DNA from: Lama guanicoe
Taxonomy: Eukaryota
Length of the DNA stretch: 64,000 nt
Assembly: GCA_013239625.1 (NCBI GenBank)
Contig: MU053557.1
Coordinates: forward strand, 1,123,063 to 1,187,062
Direction: 5' to 3'
Position numbers and translations under genes: made by a program. The first letter of the stretch is position 1. Each line of letters starts with the position of its first letter. Below the pieces are notes generated by a model. That model had not been told where the DNA came from, searched no databases, and worked only from the letters and a program-made list of their open reading frames with translations. This document shows positions 55,050-64,000 of this stretch, in pieces.

Positions 55050-56570
55050 GGTTATTTGGACTCTTGCTTTTTCTTCCCAAGTCTGGCTAACGGTTTATCA
55101 ATTTTGTTGATCTTTTCAAAGAACCAGCTTTTCATTGATCTTTTCTTAGTCTTTTAAAGTTTATTTCTACTCTGACCTCTGTTATTTCCTTTCTTTTACT
55201 CACTTTGGGCTTTGTTCTTTTGCCAGTTCCTCAAGGTGCAAAGTTTATTTGAGGTTTTTCTTGTTTTTGTTTTGTTTGTATATTTTCGGTAGGCCACTGT
55301 CCCTGTGAACTTCCCACTTACAACTCCTTTTGTTGTGTTCCATAGATTGTGGAAAGTTATGTTTCCGTTTGCATCTGTCTTTAGGTCAATTAATATTTGC
55401 TTCATATATTTAGGTATCCCTATGTTGTGTGTGTAAATATTAAATGGTATATCCTATTTTTGGATTGACCTCTTTGATGTAATGGCTTTTCTTGTCTTTT
55501 ATTATAGTTTTGTTTTAAAGTCCATTTTGTCTGATATGAATGTTGCTACCTAGCTTTTTTTTTTAAATTTTCATTTTCGTGTAATATATTTTCCCTTCCT
55601 TTACTTTCAGCCTGTGAGTGTCTTTAGCTCTGAAGTGAGCCTCTTGTGGGCAGCAATATAGATGGACCTTGATTTTTTTTATCCATTCAGTCACCCTTTT
55701 GATGATCTTTTGATTGAATCATTCAGCTTATTGACATTTGAAATAATTTTTGATAAGTATGCACCTATTGACATTTTTAAATGTTTACTAACTGTTTTTG
55801 TAGTTCTTCTGTGGTCCTTTTTTCTTCTCTTGTTTTCTTCCTTTGGTTTGATTTTCCTTGGTACTGAGTTTGGATTTTTTTTTTCTTTATTTTCTGTGTA
55901 TCTACTTTAAGTTTTAGTTTGTAGTTACCATGAGGGGTGTGTGTGTGTGTGTGTGTATCAGTTATTTTAACCTGATAACTGTTTAAGTTTAAACAGATTC
56001 TAAAAGCACTACTTTCTTATACCTCCTCCCATTGTGTTTTAAGTTTTGACATCATATTTTACATCTTTTCATTTTCCGTATCCCTTAACATTTATTGTAG
56101 TCATAGTTGATTTTACTACTTTTGCATTTTAATCTTCATACTAATTTTTTAAATGACTGATCCACTGCCCTTACTGTATTGTCTTTACCAAAGGAATTTT
56201 TCCATGTATATATATAATATATATATATATATTATATATATATAATTTCTGGTTACCGCCTTTTGATTTCTGCTTAAATAAGGCTCTTTAACATTACTCG
56301 TAAGGGTGGTTTAGTGGTGAGACTCCTTTAGTTTGTCTTGTCTTGGGTATCCTTTATCTCTCTTTCACTTCTGATTGGTAACCTTGTTCAGGGAGCGTAA
56401 CCTTGGTTGTGTTTTCCTTCCAGCACTTTGAATATAGTATGCCATTCCCTTCTGTCCTGCATAGTTTTTGCTGAAAAATCAGCTAGCAGTCTTATGGGAG
56501 TTCCCTTGTATATGACTTGTCTTTTTTCTCTTGATGCCTTTAAAATTGCCTCTGTATCTTTAACTTTCCA
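55050..56570 (-). mobile_element. L1 internal fragment (ORF1 C-terminus, start of ORF2)
   Basis: ILKASREKRQVIYKGTPIRLLADFS is ORF1p; QILIDLK..FHNLWNTTKGV is ORF2p. Confidence 0.9.
55936..55956. repeat. (GT)n microsatellite
   Basis: gtgtgtgtgt run seen directly. Confidence 0.9.
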
Positions 56571-56571
56571 T

Positions 56572-57136
56572 TTTTTTTTATTGAAGTACAATCAGTTACA
56601 GTGTGTCAATTTCTGGTGTACAGCACAATGTCCCAGTCATGCATATACATACATATATTCGTTTTCATATTCTTTTTCATTAAAGGTTATTTTAAGGTAC
56701 TGAATATGGTTTCCTGTGCTATACAAAAGAAAAATATTCTTTAAATCTATTTTTATATATAGTGGCTAACAATTTGCAAATCTCAGACTCCCAAATTTAT
56801 CTCTTCCCAACCCTTTCCCCTGGTAACCATAAGATTGTTTACTATGTCTGTGAGTTTGTTTTGGTTTTGTAGAGGAGTTCATTAGTGTCCTCTTTTTTTC
56901 TTTTTTTATATTCCACATATGAGTGATATCATACGGTAGTTTTCTTTCTCTTTCTGGCTTACTCCACTTACAATGACATCCTCCAGGGACATCCATGTTG
57001 CTGCAAATGGCATTATTTTATTCTTTGTATAGCTGAGTAGTATTCCATTGTATAAATATATCACAACTTCTTTATCCAGTCATCTGTGGATGGACGTTCA
57101 GGTTGTTTCCATGTCTTGGCTATTGTATATAGTGCT
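56572..57136 (-). mobile_element. Younger L1 3' end
   Basis: Poly(T) start, ttattgaagtacaatcagttaca..catccatgttgctgcaaatggc. Confidence 0.85.
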
Positions 57137-57244
57137 AGTCTTTGGGGGTGTCATTGGGCCAAGGCTCAGAGCTGTCATATCCAAGCTTCTAATTACGTGA
57201 GGAAAAACTACCACTGTTTTCTTGAGTCACTTGTAGTTGAGTCT
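57137..57244 (-). pseudogene. GREB1-like pseudo-exon truncated by L1
   Basis: TQLQVTQ, then after a frameshift FPHVIRSLDMTALSLG, vs GREB1 FQLAVAQKLLSHVCSIADSSTQNLDLG. Runs directly into L1 at 57136 with no donor. Confidence 0.65.
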
Positions 57245-57507
57245 CTGTTACTTAGTATGTGCTTTAAGTAACAACAACAGCAACAAAATAACAGCAAAAA
57301 CACTAGTAAGAATAAACTAATGCATATAGTGCTTGCTTACCATATGACAGCCGGGCTTCAGGTACTTCAGGCGTAGTAACTTGTTTAACCCCTTAACCCT
57401 ATAGAACAGTTATTAGTGTTATCACGATGCCCATATACCTTTTAAGAAACAAAGGTTAAGTATGCTTAAGGTTACATGGTTAACATTGGACAGTAAAATA
57501 TTCTTAC

Positions 57508-57565
57508 CATAAGCAAAAGTGCCAGGATATGAGGCAAAGACATAGGATGAAGGCTTTTCATCTTA
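57508..57565 (-). pseudogene. GREB1-like pseudo-exon (58 nt)
   Basis: cttacag acceptor and gtaaga donor. Reads DEKPSSYVFASYPGTFAY; its phase-1 end joins the next exon in frame. Confidence 0.5.
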
Positions 57566-58148
57566 CTGTAAGAGGTTCACTCATTTTCCGTGGCAGGAAT
57601 ATGGCAGATCAGTCAAGCTCGTGGGCTACATCAGATAGATCTTAGTTTAAATCTAAGCTCTTTGACTTATTAGTTGTGTAATCTCGGGTAATATAATGAA
57701 CTTCTCTAACTCTCAGCATGTACACAGGCTGGGGTGTATCTTCTTGCTTAGGGTAGAGAAAATATAAAAATATCCTGTAGCATTCTCTGATATATTCAGT
57801 CCCTTTTGCAAATGTGGAAAATCGCAGTCACACAGCTATTAATCAGTACAGTCAAGGTTCATGTTCAAGTATGTCTGATTCCAAAGTTCATGTTTTTAAT
57901 CACTATGCCTTTCTGTCCCCAGAAAGCACTAGAAACATAAGTAATAACCAGACAAATTTCCTATTCCCTGAGGAGAGTCTCCAGAGGGAGACTAATGTGG
58001 AAACAGTATTTTCAACACTGTGATCAGAAAATGCAATATTAATGGGGTGCCAGTTTGCTGTCTCATATGTCCCCAATATCACGTTTTGACAAAAGAATAT
58101 TGTAAAATTGCATATTGTGTGTGTGTGAAAGAGAATGAGAAAGAACAC

Positions 58149-58232
58149 CATCTTCTGTTGTTGCTTCTCATAGTATGCTGTTTGATGAATTTCCTGGATC
58201 ACAAAATTACATTTGCCTTAGATGAATTCATC
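58149..58232 (-). pseudogene. GREB1-like pseudo-exon (84 nt)
   Basis: DEFI*GKCNFVIQEIHQ vs GREB1 PEGDIDILLDKFHQ. One stop. Confidence 0.45.
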
Positions 58233-58551
58233 CTACTTTTTGATGAAGAATAGCATGAAGGGGTCAGGCAGGCTGGGGTGGGGAGGAGGGAGATACACTC
58301 TTCCTCTCCAGTTTGGACCCTCCCTACATTTTGAGTTCTGGAATCACACTGGTTGTGTCCTGGAAGAAAACAAAGAATGGAAGCATTTAATTTTAAAAAT
58401 TTTCATAGGGACATATGCTACCCTTTCCAGAAATTCTGGAATGAATATTGTTCAAGTGATTTAAATTCCCTGAATGATCATTCTACTGTGTTATTTCAAG
58501 ACTAATGAGCTGAATATGATGAGTAGGGCAGCAGAAAGAAAAAAAAAAAAC

Positions 58552-58632
58552 CTTTTGAAGTCTTCCTGGATTTCAGCCCCAACTCCTTCAGCTATAAAGT
58601 GACAATTGTCATCTGTGTCTTACTGTAGCATC
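58552..58632 (-). pseudogene. Possible GREB1-like pseudo-exon
   Basis: AG/GT bounded. DNCHFIAEGVGAEIQEDFK weakly resembles VNYELVTGKVDSLGAFFS and lies in the colinear position. Confidence 0.35.
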
Positions 58633-58720
58633 CTAACTCAAATCACAGTGTTTTCATAGATTTCAACTGTGCAAGTCAGTCATAGAATAGCAGCTTCTAC
58701 TTGCAAAATTTAACAATTAC

Positions 58721-58982
58721 TTAAAAAATCGCTTGGCATTGTGGAACATTTTAGACAAATAAAAAGTGAACATTATGCCCAAACAAAATATTAATAGGAG
58801 ACTGTGGAACAATCAGTCTTTGCACAGCAATTTGGGAACATATGGTGATACATTCAAACAAAAGGCCACATTCAAGGTTGAAGCAGCCCTTGTGCAGTGG
58901 AGCCAGGCAGTAACTTATGGCATTGATTACATAAAATACAGCTCCAGGCTTCTTTCCTGGCTCACTGTTTTGTAGGTCCACA
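58721..58982 (-). pseudogene. GREB1-like pseudo-exon
   Basis: Polypyrimidine/cccag acceptor. GAVFYVINAISYCLAPLHKGCFNLECG vs GREB1 DSVHVIECAYSLAEGLSEMFRLLVEG. Stops near the 3' end. Confidence 0.65.
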
Positions 58983-59326
58983 CTGGGTAGGTAATAAGGA
59001 AAGGTGGATATGTGCATAAGATTTACAAGGCAAATTGTTCATCTCTTGATCATGTATCTACGCCTTCTGTCAGTTCCCTTTTTATAATTTTATCCTATAA
59101 AAGGTAGCATGTAGTGATTTAATGACCTCTCCTAGGTAGGAGAGTCAGAGAGAGTCTTCTTTGTCATCACCCAATTCACTCAGTGCCAAAGGAAGAGAAA
59201 CATCGATTTAGAGTCATTGCGTCCTTCTAGTGTTGAGAGTAATAGTTGTTTCTGCGTATGCCCTTTAAAATTATTATTTAAAAAATATTGTCACAGAGCT
59301 GTATCATTTTATAAAGACATGTCCCA

Positions 59327-59442
59327 GTTGAGGGTGGGGGGTATGGCAGGAATAGCTCAATGGTAGAGTGCATGCCTAGCTTGCACGAAGTCCTGGGTTC
59401 AATCCCCAGTACTTCCATTAAATAAATAAAATTAAAAAAAAA
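59327..59442 (+). mobile_element. tRNA-Ala-derived SINE (Vic-1-like)
   Basis: atagctcaatggtagagtgcatgcc..ggttcaatcccc plus an A-rich tail. Imperfect TSD aaagac(at)gtccca. Confidence 0.88.
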
Positions 59443-59578
59443 AAAGACGTCCCATAATTTAATCACAAAACAAGACTTAAAGAAGTTCACCAGCGAAGAT
59501 GTAATTGAACAACTACCCCTGAGTGATGAACTGACAAAATTAACCATAAAATGTAGAGACTAACCATAATAATCTTAC

Positions 59579-59675
59579 CATGTAATTAGCTGAAATTTCT
59601 TCTGTTAGCATCTTTGGTTGTTGGAAACTTTCCAAAATAAATGAGCTTATTCTCAGCTTTAATAGGTAGAATATA
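59579..59675 (-). pseudogene. GREB1-like pseudo-exon (97 nt, open frame)
   Basis: tttttag acceptor and gtaaga donor. IFYLLKL...MLTEEISANYM vs GREB1 VYYLVQL...LMEDLEQIFL. Confidence 0.6.
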
Positions 59676-59749
59676 CTAAAAATAATTCTATTGTTCTTGG
59701 ATAAAGTGGCATTGCACTGACTTATATTACTCATATTTGATCATTTATA

Positions 59750-60350
59750 TATTTAACAAGGATTGATGAAGCCATCGACTGTGTTTCAGGCATAATAGAG
59801 TGAAGGGCTGAAGTAGTGAATGAGTTAGGTGCAGCTCCTGGTGTCTTGTATATTACAGTTTTGGTGACTAACATGTAATATATGAACGGGTATGTTAATG
59901 AGACTGTAGGATGCCATGAAACCTTGTGGGAGAGGCATCCAACCCAAATTTAGATGGTCAGTGAAGGCTGTCTGAGAAGTGTCTTCTATGGGATGAGAAT
60001 TAGTTATGCAGAGCAAGAGTTATGAAAAAAATGTTTTTGACTGAACAAGGAGAACTTCAGGAGGTAAAAACAAAAGAGACAGAGGGAGGTGATTTTTAAG
60101 TATTGAAATTTATTTAGCAGGAATGGATCATTGTGTTCCAGGTAAGTGTGAGAGTTGGGAAGCCTAGGGAGGTAGCAAAGTCTGGAGCACGGTGGGCCTT
60201 AAAAATCATAGAAGGAAGGTTAGACATTATCCTCAGATAAGATAAAATCCTTTGAAAGATTTTATACAGAGAGTGGCATGAGTATGTGTATCATTCTTGC
60301 TGTATATACAAGGGTGAGGATTTAGGAGGAAATATGGACATGTCACAAAA
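59750..60350 (-). mobile_element. L2 fragment
   Basis: gatggtcagtgaaggctgtctgagaagtg; agattttatacagagagtggcatga. Confidence 0.55.
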
Positions 60351-60452
60351 TGTACTCAAAGATGTTGATTATTTAAGTTAAAATTGCTTTCTATTTGGTT
60401 TTTTATGCTGCTTTTCCCTATCTTTGCCTCAATCCAAAATGAGAGTGACATA

Positions 60453-60572
60453 GCAGGAGGGTATAGCTCAGTGGGAGAGCATGTGCTTAGCATGCATGAG
60501 GTCCTGGGTTCAGTCCCCGGTACCTCCATTAAAAAATAAAGAAAAAAATAATTAAAAATAAAAAATGAAACT
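60453..60572 (+). mobile_element. tRNA-Ala-derived SINE (Vic-1-like)
   Basis: gggtatagctcagtgggagagc..ggttcagtcccc plus an A-rich tail. Flanking repeat agagtgacata at 60442-60452 and 60573-60583. Confidence 0.88.
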
Positions 60573-61000
60573 AGAGTGACATACTGATTTAAGAAAAATA
60601 GGACATTCTTTGTCCTTTTCAAATGGAAAACTACAGCCAAGTTAGAAGAAGAAATATTTCACATCAATTATGATAAATGATGATCTAATGATTATAACTG
60701 TTTGAGAATGGAATAGATTTTCTTGAGAAGTAAGTCTCCATTCCTGGAAATATGTTTGCAGAGGTTAGTGACTATTGATAAAAGGATATTGAAGAAGAGA
60801 TCACTGTGTTTTCAGGAGGTTGAACTCAATGACCCTTAGAGTTTCTTGTCGTTCTTAGCTTATTTTAGGGTTCTATTTGCTTGAATTCTAGTTAGCCAAG
60901 GTTCTAATATAATTTTGGATTGTTGTAATGTCTTAAATTTTTGAATCATTTGTAGCCTTCCTTTCTAGGCAGAGAGGGCAAGTTTTTTCAGATGTTAAGA

Positions 61001-61275
61001 CTCTGTATTGCTTGTTGCAGGATGTGCAATGAAATGCATTAGGAAATGAATTTGTTTGTGAGCTGCCCTGAATTTTTATAAACCTTGATGCCTGGCACGG
61101 GATTATTTTCTTGGCTCCAGGTAGTTACATCTCTCAAAATTGCTGCTCCATTTTGAAAACATCTTGGAGAAATGAAATGAGCAACATTACTCAAAGATAT
61201 AATGCCGGACATAATATTTCCAAAGGTCTTATTATACACATTTGGACACAGGAGTGCTTATCCAATGAACTACCG
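61001..61275 (-). pseudogene. GREB1-like pseudo-exon (3' boundary approximate)
   Basis: ORF 61039..61239: TFGNIMSGIISLSNVAHFISPRCFQN vs GREB1 LCGNLNDVVVSPLLYTCYQN. Confidence 0.6.
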
Positions 61276-62397
61276 CTACAGCCAAGAATCTCTCCCCTCT
61301 TTTTTTCTCTCACTCCTCCAAAATGCATTCACATATGAATAAATGAACAAACACACTGGAGATTCATGGTTGATGTATTAGACAAATTTGGACGATTTTA
61401 CTTGTGCTAAATGGAAGATATAGGGAGCAAAAGTTTAGCAATCTCTAAATTTTCACTGGTATTTAGAACTTCAGTCTTGTTTTAATTCTGTGCCTTTTAG
61501 TTGTTGGAAATTCAGTATGCAAACTAGAGGTGCTACTTGCCATCGGTCAGATTCACGGTAACATGAGTTAGGGTAACTTGACTTCTAGCTGTATCGTGCT
61601 ATATAATTGTATTTTAAAAGGTTTTTACATCCTAGGATGTTTTCATAGTTTGCTGTGGTATTAATTCCTTTTGGCCTGTAGAACAGTAAACACAGAGGTT
61701 ATAAACCAACTTGATGAAGATTTTAGGATAAGACTTTAAGAATCAAATACACAGTTACTTTCTCCCCATATAACTCGCTCTAATGTTGAAATTTGGGATG
61801 AGTTAACATATATTATGCTCAAAGGACTAAATAGTTCTATTATACTTCTTATTCTAAAGAAAGTTTTTGGATTTAAAGTAATCTTTTACATGTAGGAAAT
61901 ATGTTCTGTTGTTAGGGAATGTTTGAGAGGATGATCATATAAGATACATTATGATTAAAAGTATATAAATAATAATTGCGGAAATTACCTTCATCATTAG
62001 CTAATACTCTGTGCTAAGCATAATAGTAGTGAATCCAATAAAGCCCACTGGGTTTTCCCAGTTACTTGGAATTAATTATGTGGATATTGCCTACCTCTGC
62101 CTTATACAGATAAAACGGTAAGTTAGATAAAAGCATATGAATAAAAAGTGAATTTATCATTACTCTTTTACCCTTTCCACCCTATCTCTTATTCCAAAAA
62201 AGAAAGAGGGGATCACATAAACACATTGTGACAGTGGCTTTCTATTGTGAATAGTCCAGCTGAGATTATAGGAAATGTGCGGAAAGAGGTTTCTCCTGTC
62301 CATTCTGAAAAAGACACACTACTAAGCACCCTCTTAAACCCAGTAAAGGAAGAAAAAAAATTACATTAACTTTCTCATGGAGATTTTTTCATCTTAC

Positions 62398-62569
62398 CTA
62401 ACAAAATCATATTTTATTCAGGATTTCATATACTCCTCTACAACCCAGGAGACTGAAGGGAATTTGAATTAGGGATAGAAGGTCTAGGGTAGGCTTACAG
62501 CAGCGACTTCCCTTGATGATGATTGCCTTGGGCGTGGGAATTGACACCAATGAGTTATAAGGAGAGCAT
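62398..62569 (-). pseudogene. GREB1-like pseudo-exon (N-terminal region)
   Basis: cccccag acceptor and gtaaga donor. Peptide IQIPFSLLGCR loosely resembles GREB1 VSVPDNLLKICK. Confidence 0.45.
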
Positions 62570-62599
62570 CTGGGGGATTCATATTAAGGTCTTTCTTGT

Positions 62600-63230
62600 T
62601 TGTTCTTGGAAGCCATCCAGGAATGGCTTTCTGTTGGTATTGGTCTGGATAGGTTCGGTTATTGGTGGGTTAGAATAACAAAGGTTTATTTGCTTTTTAC
62701 ATTAATTTCTGTCACAAGTGGGATGGGGGTTCTCCTCTGCGCCATCCTCTCTCTGGGACATGGGCTGGCAGAGCAGCCACTCTCCAGAACATAGCAGATC
62801 ACTGTAGCAGAGGAAACTGGCTCATGGAGCCCACACCTGGTAGTGTCTTATAAAACTTCCGATCACGTTTCACTAGTGAAGGTAAGTCACATGAACACAT
62901 CTAACGTCAAGAGAGCAGGGATGTACAAATCTACACGTGCCAGGGAAGAAACCAGGGATGTCTGCTGGAAAATACTAATGAATATAGCTTTCACTCTGAG
63001 TACCATTTTTTGTCTTGCTCATGGAGAGAGTAGAACACCATGACACAGAGACGAGCATTGCCAAGAGACTAGAAGGAGAAGTGGTCCAGAGACCACAGAT
63101 GAAGTCAGTCTTGAAGCCCATCCTACCTTTGGATTGCTAGCCTTCTGAACCAGTCAGTTTACACAGATTTTAAGCCAGTCTTAGTTGAGCTTTCTCTAAT
63201 TTTCAGCCCAAATTACCCAACTAGTAGTAT
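62600..63230. mobile_element. Degenerate MaLR MLT1 LTR fragments
   Basis: aagtcacatgaacacatctaac..agagagcagggatgtaca; ttaagccagtcttagttgagctttct. Confidence 0.5.
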
Positions 63231-64000
63231 TTATTACCAAATGCTTTTGAGTCAGTGTCATCAGTCAGGACCCATTCTAAAGAGAGGAGACACAGCAGTT
63301 TATCATTCAGGCCACAACCTCCCTTTGGGATCTTGCATTCCCATGAGATTTATGTTGGAAACTGCATATTAAAAAGCAAACTGAAGCTCTGCACATATGT
63401 AGTATATTACTCGGTTATGCTTCAGTAGAGCAATTTCTTCCTTTGTATCATATACAAAATCCCTAAAAATAAGCAAAGGGGAACTTGCTATATCTCACTG
63501 CAGAACCACACAGAAAGGCAGATGCTTGCTATTTATTTCCTGGCTCTGGACTCTGACATGATTGGCAATCAGACACTGGGGACCTGGCCATCGCATCAAA
63601 TTCTCCTATTTTTGAAATGTCTCAGAGCAGCAACAAAGTTTTAGTGGGAGCTTGTGCAATATTATAAGCTCTATCCAGGGTATATTTTTGATCCATTCTG
63701 AATTATGTCTTACAACTATAAAGGCCAGATAAAACCCAAATTAGAGGTTATTGTTTTCTTTATTTTTTAAGGACATAAAAAGCCAGTACTGTGAGTTTTA
63801 GAGGGAGTAAGGAGAGAGTGAGTCAGGAAGGAGACCTGATTGGGGAACCAAGGAATCCCTTGCATTTTGTCAGTTCTGCCAGGCCAGTCTCTGTTGATTC
63901 TGACTCTCCTTGATCTGTTTAGTGAGTGCCACCCTGTCCTCAACTTCCCCTGAAGATATCAGCATGCTCAGAAAAAGAAATTACTAAGCCAGCTGTATGT

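Larger units (their letters stand above)
31955..62569 (-). pseudogene. Multi-exon unprocessed pseudogene of a divergent GREB1/GREB1L-family gene; 5' end probably lies further right or beyond the window
   Basis: More than 20 AG/GT-flanked segments give peptides that match recalled human GREB1 in the same order: FGNIMSGIIS..CFQN~CGNLNDVVVS..CYQN; IFYLLKL~VYYLVQL; VINAISYCLA~VIECAYSLA; TQLQVTQ~FQLAVAQ; LYRFIHD~LFVLIHD; LVQ..AIMAVS~LVQ..ALMAVS; RILIHDPFEI~RLALEEHFEI; IVCLPKI~IVFLPKL; EYIK~EYIK; FSHGLLL*R~HSAGLLLCR; VDEWQ~EDEWQ. Many in-frame stops and frameshifts. Confidence 0.8.

Noticed and set aside
60453..60530. tRNA-Ala gene
   Set aside because: The A-rich tail, TSD and stem mismatches indicate a SINE. 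The same applies to the other two copies.
31955..62569. Functional GREB1 or GREB1L gene
   Set aside because: Multiple stops and frameshifts, and only motif-level similarity. True orthologs are highly conserved in mammals.
1..64000. CRISPR arrays, operons or other prokaryotic systems
   Set aside because: The sequence is mammalian (L1, MIR, L2, spliceosomal introns) and has no spaced direct-repeat arrays.

Overview
AT-rich, CpG-poor mammalian genomic DNA, most likely camelid: three tRNA-Ala-derived SINEs look like the camelid Vic-1 type. I found no intact protein-coding gene. The listed ORFs are chance ORFs, L1 remnants or pseudo-exon fragments. The window is dense in old repeats (MIR, L2, L1, MaLR/ERVL and ERV1 LTRs, hAT MER elements). 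The main signal is on the minus strand from about 62.6 kb down to 31.95 kb. There, more than 20 GT-AG-bounded exon remnants translate into peptides that match, in colinear order, most of a GREB1/GREB1L-family protein, through the helicase-like region and the C-terminal TAGT glycosyltransferase-like domain to the terminal 'DEWQ' motif. The match is far too divergent for GREB1 or GREB1L, and the exons carry many stops and frameshifts. This suggests an unprocessed pseudogene of a divergent GREB1-family paralog. All GREB1 comparisons were made by eye against the human GREB1 sequence recalled from memory and need confirmation by search. Repeat subfamily names and boundaries are approximate.
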